Virus record (IMG/VR): IMGVR_UViG_3300032327_001521
Source: a virus
Lineage: Duplodnaviria; Heunggongvirae; Uroviricota; Caudoviricetes
Strand: one strand, 5' to 3'
DNA length: 64,000 bases
Shown here piece by piece: positions 31,495-41,734 of the stretch. Within the stretch, counting starts at the first letter, position 1. The number at the start of each line of letters is the position of its first letter. The position numbers were made by a program, and so were the translations under genes. The notes under the pieces were generated by a model that saw only the letters and a list, made by a program, of their open reading frames with translations, did not search any database and had not been told where the DNA came from.

Positions 31495-34400
31495 ATGGCG
31501 CAGATCACGCTATTTAAGGAATTAATAAAGCAGGTTGCCTGCGAAACAATACCGGGCGTAGGTTTTACGCAGGCTGATCTTGATCAGGTAAAAGCCTGTG
31601 TGGCTAAAGTACAGCCTATTGAAACACAGGATTTTAATCCAAATATCTCATTTGATAATGACCAGCAAAATCAGGCAGACTGTATTGCTGGAGCAAATGA
31701 GGAGGTTAAGAAGATAATCTCAGAGGAGCAGCGTAAAATACCAAATGCAATCCGGTATTCAGCTCTCAGGGGTAAAATTCAAGAGCTTCGAGACAATGTT
31801 ATAATTGTTAAGGACTACTATGATGAGAGATACTCATTCTTTACCTCAGTGCTTGACCAAACCCAGGCCTTTACTGCTGAATACCTATATTGGACAGATG
31901 AATATGATAGGCTTACTCAAGCGGCATCCTCTTCTTATCTAACAGCCGTTGCATCAACCGTATCGATTGGCATTCGGCAATTTCTTGAGAGAATTAAAGA
32001 CTCGTCTGATGATATTCAGTCAAAGCCTACTCGTGATAACCTATTAAAACTGAATGATAACCTTGACAATATTATTGCTGTCACCAAGGCATTAGGTGCT
32101 ACAACGTCATCTGCCAATTCCTTTGGAAATAGAATTAGCGATATCCTAGCTAATCCGATAATCATGTCATACCTTGCAACGGTTAAGGCTAGAATAATTG
32201 CATATACTTCCCAAACAATTGCAAAAGGCTCAGCAATTAAGGCACAGGCTGATAGGATTCAAGGTCTTACACCATTACCTGACCAAGCTATATCAACTCA
32301 AGCCCTAATTCAATCTGAACTATCTAAGGTATCTCATCAGCTCACTGCAAAGTTTATAGATAGCACAAATCTACTTGACTTAACCAACATAACTGGCTTA
32401 CTTACTAAACCTATTGTTCCAAACCGAACTACTGGAATTAAATTTAGACTCATTAGCAAGGATCAGGTGAGCATGAAGATAACACAGTTTAATGATCAAG
32501 GCGTTCAGCTTGATGATAAGGGCGCGGCTGTTCAAGTAGATGAACTTATTGCTATTGAAAATAGTCCAGTTCTACAACGAAAAACGATATTTAAGGACAG
32601 GCTAGGCTTAGCTATTGAGGGCATAGCTCAATATGTAGAAGGTCAATCATCAAATCCGCCACGAGAGGATTCAGATTATCGAGTCCTAAGCGGTCTATTG
32701 TATAATGGTATTTCAGGAAATAGTTATCGAGGTCTTTATACAAAATTAGGTAAACCAATCAACCTCCTATTTACGCTTGAGGAACGCGGTCTTACCGTCA
32801 ACCCAAATGCAATTGATCCTATATTCAATGGAATAAAAGACGCGCCAACTAGTGTTAGGGAGGACGACGTAACCTACTATATTAATAATCAAGCTGCATA
32901 CGAAAGCTTTTATGATAAACTACCGGAAGAATATCCAAAGCGAATCAAACAAGAGCGCGAAGAGGTATATGCGGCCCAAATAGCACCAGCCTTAACCCGA
33001 TTAAGGCTATTGGCTCGCCGTGAGGCAGCTGACACGCTAAGAAGAGTATCAGATTCAGCACTAAAACTTGCAAGACCAACTTCATATACCTCAGCTCCAG
33101 GCAGCCAAACCTTATCACAAGGTACATTCACTTATTCAACACTAGATACTGTTCTCTCTGAAGATCTTCTTTACTATACTCGATCAAAGTCAGAGCTTGA
33201 CACTCTAATTACGGATTGTGATTTTGAATTGGCTCGGCTTGATGTGCTAATCAAGGAAAACTCAATGGACGAGGCTATTATAAAGCAAAAGATCCTGGCA
33301 ATTCCATGCTTTAAAAAGGCAGGTGATGCAGCTGCTCTTGCAAATATTGAAGATTCTGCAAACGCTGCAGCTGGTCAACCGGATTGCGAAAAAAAGGCTC
33401 GTAAAAAGCTGGGTACAGACCCTTTATATTTACGTACCCTATCCGGTACCGACTCTTCTCTACCTGACCTAACATCGCAATGCTATTGGAAAGAATTTGC
33501 CAAGGCTCTAAATAAGGTATGTATTCTACCTTTTCCTGACATATCAGTCCCTGGTTCTAACCTAATTTTTAGGTACTGGCCAATTAACTGTATACTGCCA
33601 ATACCATTTGGGCTGGTTTTACTACCAATTCCACCAAGATGGAAGCCATTATTTGTTCTACCGACTCCACTTGGTACACTAGTATGCATGCTAACAATGC
33701 CTCTTGCACCAATTGGAATTCCACTGCCGTCTCTGTACCTCTTCTTTTTTGCAATTGACGGCAATAAGTACCTAGCCTTTGCAACTAATCCACCTCTGCT
33801 CTATGCGCCTATTCAAAATCTAAAATTTGGGTTTGAACAGGATAATTCAGCGTTGTCTCTTAATCCATTAGGCCTTAATCCGCTAAATCCATATAAGGGT
33901 CAACCTATAAAGGGTTCGTTAACTGTTCCGTTATCAGTCTCTGCTCCAGTAGCTAAAGCTACTCGGCTTGCATCAATTGCGGCAATGGTTGCGGCCGGTG
34001 AAATTTCAATCTCTAACCTAGCTGGTGTTAAGCTGCCAGTTGATATAACCCTACCTGATCTACTTACTACTCTACTTAGTGAGACTGAAATGATGCTTGG
34101 AATTGCAAACGCTCCACCATCCAATGACTTTAAGCGGCAAATGACAACTTTCAAGACTACAGTTAATCGTCAGCTTGATAAGCTTGGCGAAATGCAGACT
34201 GGCGCAATTGTTTCAATAAAAGAGTCTCTATCAAAGGCCCGTGAGGCAGCTGAAGAGCAAGCATATGGTGAAAAGGATAATTCCAAGCGCCGAACTGAGC
34301 GCAAAAAGGCCAGAAATCTAAATATCACGTCTCTTCAAGACAAGATAGATGCTGCAATCAAGTCAGTTAATGACCATATCGATAATATCAAGTTTGGAAC

Positions 34401-36252
34401 CATTAGATACCCAAAGGATCCAACTAAATTTAACCCGGAATTACCGTCAGCTCTTACTGCCATTTTTGATGTAATAGAGCTCGCTGCAATTGGCGATTTT
34501 AAGATAGACCCACGTGCAACTAGCCTAAATGCCCAATTAATAAACATACTTGGAATGATTGATGTCAAGAAGATATCAAGCAAAACTCAATTTAATCTGG
34601 ATGACAGTACGGACCTAGCAGAGTTTAAAGATGCTCTTAAAAAACTTGCAGGCCAGGCGGTAGGTTTCCTAAAGGGCGATAAATTTGACTCAAATACCTC
34701 AGCTGCAAAGAATAAAGAAGAGGCTCAGGCTATTGCTGACTCAGCCAAAACTGTACAGGATACTCTAAAAAAGGCTCTATCTCTAACTGCTATTGCCCTA
34801 TCTGTACCGATTGGTCTAAATATCTTTGACTTGGCTAAAAAGTGTTGTGAAGTACAGGCTAAAAACATCTTTACCGGTATACCATTACCTTTAACCCTTG
34901 CATTTACACTAATCACCTCACTAATTGAGAGTCTAGTTGATGCAATTGATCCAAAGGCAATACTTAATTCAATTGGAATACCTGGTTTGCCTAATACACC
35001 ATCTAATATTGTTAGCCTAAATACAGTTACTCAGGTCTTGGAAGGAATTCTTGATTCTCTGCCCAATGTGCCAATCCCAAATCCAGCAGGTCTAACTGCT
35101 CTAGTTACTGCCCTAATCATACCAATCTTAAGTATTATCTCTTTTCCGAAAGCTCCAACCCCTATTCACCTACCATCTATTCCACTAATAATTCCACTTG
35201 ACCCAATCCTAAAGCCTCTAATTAAAGCCCTACTTGCCAAGCTAATTGAAGCAATATTTAGACTACTTGATCAAGCCTCTAATGTTCTAGCCAAAGCAAC
35301 TGCAACTGAAACATCAACCCTGTCACAACAAAGTTCAACGACATCAGCTGCCAACCTAAATACTGCAACCGGTGGAGGAGTCTTAGGCGGAAACACAGAA
35401 GATAATATTAAATTTCTTAACGAGGTTTTTACTACTGCTTGTGGTGAAGGCATAACCGCATCATTATCGCTTGAGTCCAAACTTTCATCAACTAGTCTAA
35501 TTAACTCGGCCACGGCTGCTGAACCTGCACAGGATACAATAGAGACAACTACCACTGCCTCATCAACTGTTGCTCTTACTGTGACTCTACCAGATGGAAA
35601 AGTCTTTAGGTTACCAAAAATTCCATTTATTTCGCTAGACCTAATGGGATACTTTCATCTACTTACTGGAGCAGACCTAATCGAGCTTGTCAGAGGCCTA
35701 TTTAACATGCTATTTGATCAAATTATCAATCCAATTGCACAAATTATCTCAATTATCTCATTGCTATCAACCTCAGCCAATACTCTAAGCTATACTACAA
35801 TTGAGGCAGCAATACCTCAAATATCAATAATTAAGCTTATTCTGTTGACAATTGATTCATTGATTCCACCGGGCTTTAAGATTAAACCTGTTAATCTAGA
35901 GGCAATGAAGGTTATATTAGCGGTTGCAATTCCTGCGCTTGAGTTTGCGGAACCAGTTCTTAAACAGATTGCATGGATTGGTAGCCTTGCCCTATGCGCA
36001 ATAGGCGTTGCACCACTATATAGTACAGTATCAATTGCTCGACTATTTCATCCAATTATGAATCAGGATGATTTACCTCCTTGGGAAAGACTGACTCATA
36101 AAAACCCACTGTTTTCAATATTTCTAGATGAAATTGCATGGAGGGGTTCAATTTATTCAACTGGATCACTTATATTCCAGTCAAAGATGCCAGCGGTTTT
36201 ACCATACACACCGCTATTGCCAATAGTTCACATATCGCCACATCTAGCCTAA
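31495..36252 (+). CDS. Large hypothetical protein (1585 aa), Pro/hydrophobic-rich, possibly virion or membrane associated
   Basis: Single long ORF with coiled-coil segments interleaved with Ile/Leu/Pro-rich hydrophobic stretches. No family recognised. Confidence 0.75.
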   Translation: MAQITLFKELIKQVACETIPGVGFTQADLDQVKACVAKVQPIETQDFNPNISFDNDQQNQADCIAGANEEVKKIISEEQRKIPNAIRYSALRGKIQELRDNVIIVKDYYDERYSFFTSVLDQTQAFTAEYLYWTDEYDRLTQAASSSYLTAVASTVSIGIRQFLERIKDSSDDIQSKPTRDNLLKLNDNLDNIIAVTKALGATTSSANSFGNRISDILANPIIMSYLATVKARIIAYTSQTIAKGSAIKAQADRIQGLTPLPDQAISTQALIQSELSKVSHQLTAKFIDSTNLLDLTNITGLLTKPIVPNRTTGIKFRLISKDQVSMKITQFNDQGVQLDDKGAAVQVDELIAIENSPVLQRKTIFKDRLGLAIEGIAQYVEGQSSNPPREDSDYRVLSGLLYNGISGNSYRGLYTKLGKPINLLFTLEERGLTVNPNAIDPIFNGIKDAPTSVREDDVTYYINNQAAYESFYDKLPEEYPKRIKQEREEVYAAQIAPALTRLRLLARREAADTLRRVSDSALKLARPTSYTSAPGSQTLSQGTFTYSTLDTVLSEDLLYYTRSKSELDTLITDCDFELARLDVLIKENSMDEAIIKQKILAIPCFKKAGDAAALANIEDSANAAAGQPDCEKKARKKLGTDPLYLRTLSGTDSSLPDLTSQCYWKEFAKALNKVCILPFPDISVPGSNLIFRYWPINCILPIPFGLVLLPIPPRWKPLFVLPTPLGTLVCMLTMPLAPIGIPLPSLYLFFFAIDGNKYLAFATNPPLLYAPIQNLKFGFEQDNSALSLNPLGLNPLNPYKGQPIKGSLTVPLSVSAPVAKATRLASIAAMVAAGEISISNLAGVKLPVDITLPDLLTTLLSETEMMLGIANAPPSNDFKRQMTTFKTTVNRQLDKLGEMQTGAIVSIKESLSKAREAAEEQAYGEKDNSKRRTERKKARNLNITSLQDKIDAAIKSVNDHIDNIKFGTIRYPKDPTKFNPELPSALTAIFDVIELAAIGDFKIDPRATSLNAQLINILGMIDVKKISSKTQFNLDDSTDLAEFKDALKKLAGQAVGFLKGDKFDSNTSAAKNKEEAQAIADSAKTVQDTLKKALSLTAIALSVPIGLNIFDLAKKCCEVQAKNIFTGIPLPLTLAFTLITSLIESLVDAIDPKAILNSIGIPGLPNTPSNIVSLNTVTQVLEGILDSLPNVPIPNPAGLTALVTALIIPILSIISFPKAPTPIHLPSIPLIIPLDPILKPLIKALLAKLIEAIFRLLDQASNVLAKATATETSTLSQQSSTTSAANLNTATGGGVLGGNTEDNIKFLNEVFTTACGEGITASLSLESKLSSTSLINSATAAEPAQDTIETTTTASSTVALTVTLPDGKVFRLPKIPFISLDLMGYFHLLTGADLIELVRGLFNMLFDQIINPIAQIISIISLLSTSANTLSYTTIEAAIPQISIIKLILLTIDSLIPPGFKIKPVNLEAMKVILAVAIPALEFAEPVLKQIAWIGSLALCAIGVAPLYSTVSIARLFHPIMNQDDLPPWERLTHKNPLFSIFLDEIAWRGSIYSTGSLIFQSKMPAVLPYTPLLPIVHISPHLA

Positions 36253-36270
36253 TAAGTTTAAATCTTATCA

Positions 36271-36297
36271 AAACCTGTTGAAAAATCTCTGTATAAT
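36271..36297 (+). promoter_or_regulatory. Pre-replicative promoter motif upstream of the S1-like gene
   Basis: AAACC-N15-GTATAAT. Confidence 0.7.
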
Positions 36298-36322
36298 TTA
36301 GTAAGTTTTAACAGAAAAATAG

Positions 36323-37504
36323 ATGCAAACCTTAAGCGTATCACCTGCAATTTTCGATTGGGCAAATCACGGCTCAACATTAAAGTATAATGATCGAGTT
36401 TCAATGTCCGACTACGATAAAAAAGTTGGCGCCAAGATTCTATGTAAGGAATCTTATGCTCAAGAGTTATACAATCTCTATACCGGTCACGATGGAGCCC
36501 TAACTGCAACGGCAAAGGACTTTTCACAAGGTCAATTATGTACAGTTCTTGCAAAGTCAATTGATTTTGAGAACAAGGTAATTATTACTGAAGAGAAGTT
36601 TTCAAAATCAACAATCTTTGTGCCTTTCCGGGAATTTACCGAAGACCCAACTCTACTTATTCATAATGAGGACCTGCACGAGTTTAGAGTAACCATTACA
36701 AAGGCAGATGACGGAGACTATTACGGTTCCGAGAAGAAATGCGCAGCTCTAACCTATAGAGATAACCTAAACGACTTTATGAAGACTGACAAATGGTTCT
36801 ACGTAAAAGTTGTGAGTCTAGTTAAAGGTGGATACCTTGCTCTATACAAAGGTACAGTTAAGTGCTTTTTGCCAGGTTCGCATGCTGCAGCCAACGTAAT
36901 CAGAGACTTCAATGATTACCTCAATACCGAGATTCCGGTAATGATTGAGAATTTTGATCAAGCCAATGATCTGTTTATTGTTTCCTATAAGAAATACATT
37001 AAACACACACTGCCACAAAAGGTTTATGAACTTGAGTTCGGTAAGGAATATGTAGGTACTCTAACCAATAACCCATACGATTTCGGTATATTCGTTGAGT
37101 TTCAAAACTATTACACAGGTCTTCTGCATAAGACTGAATTCCAAAACTATGCTGAGTATTGCAAGGGTAAGAAATCCGGCGATCAAATTTCAGTGTACAT
37201 CAAGGACATTACAGTTAAGAAAGGCGAACCTAGAATTGTTTTGACTGACTCTCTTGATAAGGTTGATCAGGACAAGATCACATGGCAGTCAATCAAGACC
37301 AGAATCGAGGGCCAAATCCTAGACTTTACACTCGACAAAGAAGATTTTCACGTTGAGATTGAATTGCCTGATACAGGTAATATATTTAGAACGGATGTGA
37401 GCCATCTTAAAGGCCGTATCCGAATTCCTAATGAAGGACAGGTGAAAATCGTGAGAGTCGATACAATCCGCAAAAATATTAAATTAGATTTCCTAAACGT
37501 CTAG
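36323..37504 (+). CDS. Ribosomal protein bS1-like protein (multiple S1/OB domains)
   Basis: VKGGYLALYKGTVKCFLPGSH...VMIENFDQANDLFIVSYK matches bS1 domain 2 (KGG...AFLPGS...VVSR). GKEYVGTL...YDFGIFVEF...TGLLHKTE...GDQISVYIKDI is a canonical S1 domain. Confidence 0.8.
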   Translation: MQTLSVSPAIFDWANHGSTLKYNDRVSMSDYDKKVGAKILCKESYAQELYNLYTGHDGALTATAKDFSQGQLCTVLAKSIDFENKVIITEEKFSKSTIFVPFREFTEDPTLLIHNEDLHEFRVTITKADDGDYYGSEKKCAALTYRDNLNDFMKTDKWFYVKVVSLVKGGYLALYKGTVKCFLPGSHAAANVIRDFNDYLNTEIPVMIENFDQANDLFIVSYKKYIKHTLPQKVYELEFGKEYVGTLTNNPYDFGIFVEFQNYYTGLLHKTEFQNYAEYCKGKKSGDQISVYIKDITVKKGEPRIVLTDSLDKVDQDKITWQSIKTRIEGQILDFTLDKEDFHVEIELPDTGNIFRTDVSHLKGRIRIPNEGQVKIVRVDTIRKNIKLDFLNV

Positions 37505-37522
37505 CCCGGACAGTACTGCTTT

Positions 37523-37532
37523 AATAAATAAC
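37523..37532 (+). promoter_or_regulatory. Late promoter box upstream of the small ORF/nrdB
   Basis: AATAAATAAC. Confidence 0.45.
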
Positions 37533-37536
37533 AAAG

Positions 37537-37680
37537 ATGTATGAGTCACCAATCTATCAAATAGTTTACCGGCCAAGAGTTAGTCATAATTTAATCCTCA
37601 TTACGGACTCCGCTAACAGCCGGTTTAACTCCAGCACTTGTACCTCATTTTCTAACAACCTTAAAATTTATTTAAAGTAA
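37537..37680 (+). CDS. Candidate 47-aa small ORF ([21 protein letters not shown]...)
   Basis: ATG 6 nt after an AATAAATA box. Open to TAA at 37680, 4 nt before nrdB. No homology recognised. Confidence 0.3.
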   Translation: MYESPIYQIVYRPRVSHNLILITDSANSRFNSSTCTSFSNNLKIYLK

Positions 37681-37684
37681 AAGT

Positions 37685-38644
37685 ATGGAACCTATCTTAA
37701 TAGAGAATCCTAATAGATTCGTTGTCTTTCCTATCCAGCACCATGACCTATGGGCATTTTATAAAGAGTCAGAAGCAAGCTTTTGGACAGCTGAAGAAAT
37801 TGACCTGGCTGCAGATCTAGTTGATTGGCGAACCCGGTTAACCGATGATGAGCGGCATTTTGTTAAGCATGTACTTGCATTCTTTGCGGCCAGCGATGGT
37901 ATCGTAAACGAGAACCTTGCAGAAAATTTTGTAAAGGAGGTTCAGTACCCTGAGGCAAAATTCTTTTATGGATTTCAAATCATGATGGAGAATATCCATT
38001 CTGAGACCTATTCACTGCTCATTGATTCATATATCACTGATCCAGAAGAAAAGATGAATCTATTTAGGGCTATTGATACAATTCCAGCTATTGCCAAAAA
38101 GGCTGACTGGGCTCTAAAATGGATTAAAAGCTCAACATTTCAGGAGAGGCTTATTGCCTTTGCTGCAGTTGAAGGAATATTCTTTTCAGGCTCTTTTTGT
38201 TCAATTTTTTGGCTAAAAAAGAGAGGCCTAATGCCTGGACTAAGTTTCTCAAATGAACTTATTTCTAGGGATGAAGGCTCCCACACGGATTTTGCAGTTC
38301 ACATACATAACAACCATATCCTAAATAAAGTATCCCCTGACAGAATTAAGGAGATTATACTTTCAGCATTGGAGATTGAGAAGGAATTCATTACTGAAGC
38401 TCTACCAGTTAAATTAATCGGCATGAATTCTGATCTAATGAAGCAGTATCTTGAATTTGTTACTGACCGACTCCTACATGATCTTGGTTGCGAAAAGGTT
38501 TTTAATTCGCAAAATCCATTTGATTTCATGGTTAATATTGCCCTGCCTGGAAAAACAAACTTCTTTGAAAAGAGGGTTGGCGAATACCAAAAGGCAGGCG
38601 TTAAGACCGGCGATTCAGATTTTTCCACTGACGCTGATTTTTAA
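37685..38644 (+). CDS. nrdB: Ribonucleotide reductase class Ia beta subunit
   Basis: [55 protein letters not shown]. Confidence 0.97.
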   Translation: MEPILIENPNRFVVFPIQHHDLWAFYKESEASFWTAEEIDLAADLVDWRTRLTDDERHFVKHVLAFFAASDGIVNENLAENFVKEVQYPEAKFFYGFQIMMENIHSETYSLLIDSYITDPEEKMNLFRAIDTIPAIAKKADWALKWIKSSTFQERLIAFAAVEGIFFSGSFCSIFWLKKRGLMPGLSFSNELISRDEGSHTDFAVHIHNNHILNKVSPDRIKEIILSALEIEKEFITEALPVKLIGMNSDLMKQYLEFVTDRLLHDLGCEKVFNSQNPFDFMVNIALPGKTNFFEKRVGEYQKAGVKTGDSDFSTDADF

Positions 38645-38675
38645 CTAACCCTAAAAAACAAATTCGGACATTTTT

Positions 38676-41087
38676 ATGAAAGTAATAAAACGTGATGGCC
38701 ACGCAGAGACCCTGCGTCTCGATAAGATAACAAACCGGATTAAGAAACAGACTTATGGTCTTGATACGGATCATGTTGATGCCCTAGAAGTTGCAACCAA
38801 GGTTGTGTCTGGTATATATGACGGAATTAGTACTGAACAGCTCGATAGCCTAGCCTCTGAAACAGCGGCTGCTCTAGCATACATTCATCCAGACTATTCT
38901 ATTTTATCTGCCCGGATTGCAATCACCAGGTTACATAAGACAACCAATAAATCATTTACTGATACAATTGATCAACTGTATAACTACATTGATCCAAAGA
39001 CTGGTAATAATGCTGGGCTTATCTCTGATGAAACCTATGCTGCTGTCCAGGCCAATGCTAATGTATTAAATGAGTCAATGATTCATGACCGTGATCTTAA
39101 TTTTGACTACTTTGGATTTAAGACACTTGAACGTAGTTATCTGCTAAAGACCCACGGTCAACCTGCTGAAACCCCTCAGCACCTCTATATGAGAGTAGCC
39201 GTTGGTATTTGGGGTACTGATATTGCAAATGTTCTTAAGACATATGATCTCCTGTCTACTCTTAAGATGACTCATGCAACACCAACCCTATTTAATGCAG
39301 GTACCAAGCGGCCACAACTATCATCGTGTTTCTTGCTAACAATGCAGGAGGACTCAATCTCCGGCATCTACAAGACCTTATCTGATGTTGCTGCAATCTC
39401 ACAAAATGCAGGTGGAATCGGCTTGTCTGTTTCAAATATCCGCGCAACTGGATCGTATATTCGTGGAACCAACGGAACCTCTAACGGTATTGTACCGATG
39501 CTTAAGGTGTTTAATGAAACCGCCCGATATGTTGATCAAGGCGGCGGAAAGCGTAAGGGCTCATTTGCCATCTATATTGAACCATGGCACGCAGACGTAG
39601 AGGATTTCCTAGAACTACGTAAAAACCACGGTAAGGAAGAGCGTCGTGCCCGTGATCTTTTCTTGGCCCTATGGACTCCTGATCTCTTTATGAAACGCGT
39701 TGATGAAGATGGAGACTGGACACTATTTTGCCCAGCTGAAATTGATTGCGAACTTTGGGAAATGTATGGAGAGGAGTTTGAGACCAATTACACACGCCTT
39801 GAGGCTGAGGGTAAAGGTCGCAAGACCATGAAGGCAAGATTACTATGGCAAAAAATACTAGAGGCTCAGGTTGAGACAGGTACACCGTATATTCTATTTA
39901 AAGATGCGGCAAATATCAAGTCTAACCAAAAGAATCTAGGTACAATTAAGTCGTCTAACCTGTGTACAGAGATCATAGAATATACATCAAAGGACGAACA
40001 GGCTGTGTGTAATTTGGCTTCAATTCCAGTAAATCAATTTGTGCAGGTTGGCAAGCGTTCAGGTAAACTACGTAAGCCAATTTGTGAATATGATTATCAG
40101 GCTCTATATGATGTTGCATACCAAACAACACTAAACCTAAATAAGGTAATTGATGTTAACTTCTATCCAACCGTTGAGACCAAGACCTCTAATCTAAAGC
40201 ACAGACCAATTGGCATAGGCATACAGGGCTTAGCAGATGCATTTGCAATCATGGGTCTTGAATTTACAAGCCCTGAGGCTAAGGCTCTAAACTCTGATAT
40301 ATTTGAGACTATTTACTATGCATCAATGCAAGCATCAGTTGACCTAGCAGAAAAGGACGGAGCTTACCAATCATATGAGGGTTCTCCATTGAGCCAGGGC
40401 CAATTTCAATTTAACCTTTGGGGAGTAGATGAATCTGAGCTGTCAGGTCGCTGGAATTGGGCAGAGCTTCGTGCTAAGTTACTAAAGTTTGGTGCCCGTA
40501 ATTCTCTGCTACTTGCGCCAATGCCAACTGCCTCTACTGCCCAGATAATGGGTAACAACGAAGCATTTGAGCCATTTACATCCAATATTGGAACGCGCCG
40601 AACCCTAGCTGGTGAATTTATTGTAATCAACAAACACCTAGTTAAGGACCTAGTTGAGCTAGGGCTCTGGTCAGAGTCAATGCGAAACCGAATCATTGCA
40701 GAAAAGGGTTCTGTGCAAAATATTGCTGAAATTCCAGCTGAGATTAGAGCAGTTTACAAGACAGTTTGGGAAATCAAACAAAAGGACCTAATTGATATGG
40801 CAGCAGATCGTGGTAAGTTTATATGCCAGTCTCAATCGCTTAATATCTTTATTCGTGATGTAAACACTGCTAAACTAACCTCTGCACATTTTCATGCATG
40901 GCGTAGTGGTCTAAAAACTGGCATGTACTATCTCAGAACAGAAGCAGCATCTTCTGCTATTGCTTCATTAGGTCTTGACCTGAGTGCAGTAAAGCCTGAA
41001 CCAAAGATTATAAGCTCTCAACCAATCATGGATGAGCTAGCGTGCTCTTTAGATAATCCAGAAGACTGTATTGCTTGTAGCTCATAG
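38676..41087 (+). CDS. nrdA: Ribonucleotide reductase class Ia alpha subunit with N-terminal ATP cone
   Basis: VIKRDG ATP cone, ATPTLFNAG, QLSSCF, SNLCTEI, VCNLAS, PTASTAQI, KTGMYYLR, C-terminal CxxC (CIACSS). No intein. Confidence 0.97.
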   Translation: MKVIKRDGHAETLRLDKITNRIKKQTYGLDTDHVDALEVATKVVSGIYDGISTEQLDSLASETAAALAYIHPDYSILSARIAITRLHKTTNKSFTDTIDQLYNYIDPKTGNNAGLISDETYAAVQANANVLNESMIHDRDLNFDYFGFKTLERSYLLKTHGQPAETPQHLYMRVAVGIWGTDIANVLKTYDLLSTLKMTHATPTLFNAGTKRPQLSSCFLLTMQEDSISGIYKTLSDVAAISQNAGGIGLSVSNIRATGSYIRGTNGTSNGIVPMLKVFNETARYVDQGGGKRKGSFAIYIEPWHADVEDFLELRKNHGKEERRARDLFLALWTPDLFMKRVDEDGDWTLFCPAEIDCELWEMYGEEFETNYTRLEAEGKGRKTMKARLLWQKILEAQVETGTPYILFKDAANIKSNQKNLGTIKSSNLCTEIIEYTSKDEQAVCNLASIPVNQFVQVGKRSGKLRKPICEYDYQALYDVAYQTTLNLNKVIDVNFYPTVETKTSNLKHRPIGIGIQGLADAFAIMGLEFTSPEAKALNSDIFETIYYASMQASVDLAEKDGAYQSYEGSPLSQGQFQFNLWGVDESELSGRWNWAELRAKLLKFGARNSLLLAPMPTASTAQIMGNNEAFEPFTSNIGTRRTLAGEFIVINKHLVKDLVELGLWSESMRNRIIAEKGSVQNIAEIPAEIRAVYKTVWEIKQKDLIDMAADRGKFICQSQSLNIFIRDVNTAKLTSAHFHAWRSGLKTGMYYLRTEAASSAIASLGLDLSAVKPEPKIISSQPIMDELACSLDNPEDCIACSS

Positions 41088-41113
41088 CTAAACGGTTATC
41101 ACCGGTAATATAG

Positions 41114-41138
41114 AAGGGGGTTTGTAGCCCCCTTTTTT
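41114..41138 (+). terminator. Intrinsic terminator after nrdA
   Basis: aagggggtt-tgt-agccccctt hairpin followed by a T run. Confidence 0.65.
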
Positions 41139-41147
41139 AATAAATAA
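41139..41147 (+). promoter_or_regulatory. Late promoter box directly after the nrdA terminator
   Basis: AATAAATAA upstream of 41174. Confidence 0.6.
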
Positions 41148-41173
41148 ACCCAAGTAAAAAATCTACATTTAAA

Positions 41174-41734
41174 ATGGTGAAAATATTAGAATTCAAAGAA
41201 TTTAAGACCCGACTTAGAGCCGTATACGAAGATGAAGTTACGCCAGATGCAGCAGATGCTCCTGCTCCACCGGCCGCGGCTCCACCGCCACCACCTGCAA
41301 TGCCTGCTCCGGATTTAGGAATTGGTGCCCCACCGGCTCTACCTCCTGACCCAAATGCTCCGCCGGCTGCTGCAGCAGGACCAACTGAAATGAAATTTGT
41401 TTTTATTAAGGACGCAACTAAGAAACCTTGGCATGGACATCATGATCCTGAATCAGGCGGCACTAAGCGACTTGTACAATATTCAGTTACAAAAGAAGAG
41501 CTACAAAAATGGCTTGAGGTTCATGAATTTGAGGCGGAGTCAGAGCTTGTTATGGCTGCGCTAGCAGGTAAACGAACAATGCCACTTGATGTTTACAAAA
41601 AGTTTAAAGCTGAGGTAAAAGACGGTTCTCTTGGGTCAGATAGAGGTACTACTGATATTAAATTTGATACAGATTCAGAGTTCGATCAGCCTTCTACCTC
41701 AGATCTTGATATTGTTTTCCTAAAGTCAAAGTAA
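41174..41734 (+). CDS. Hypothetical protein with Pro/Ala-rich linker, candidate capsid-internal protein
   Basis: N-terminus MVKILEFKEF..AVYE, then PAPPAAAPPPPPAMPAP. Late promoter at 41139-41147. Confidence 0.75.
   Translation: MVKILEFKEFKTRLRAVYEDEVTPDAADAPAPPAAAPPPPPAMPAPDLGIGAPPALPPDPNAPPAAAAGPTEMKFVFIKDATKKPWHGHHDPESGGTKRLVQYSVTKEELQKWLEVHEFEAESELVMAALAGKRTMPLDVYKKFKAEVKDGSLGSDRGTTDIKFDTDSEFDQPSTSDLDIVFLKSK

Noticed and set aside
36258-36560. 100-aa minus-strand ORF and the many other 60-110-aa track ORFs
   Set aside because: They are antisense or off-frame within recognised genes and show no motifs or promoter support.
41090-41116. AAACG-N15-ATAGAAG near-match to the early motif after nrdA
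   Set aside because: Both boxes deviate and it runs straight into a terminator; probably chance.
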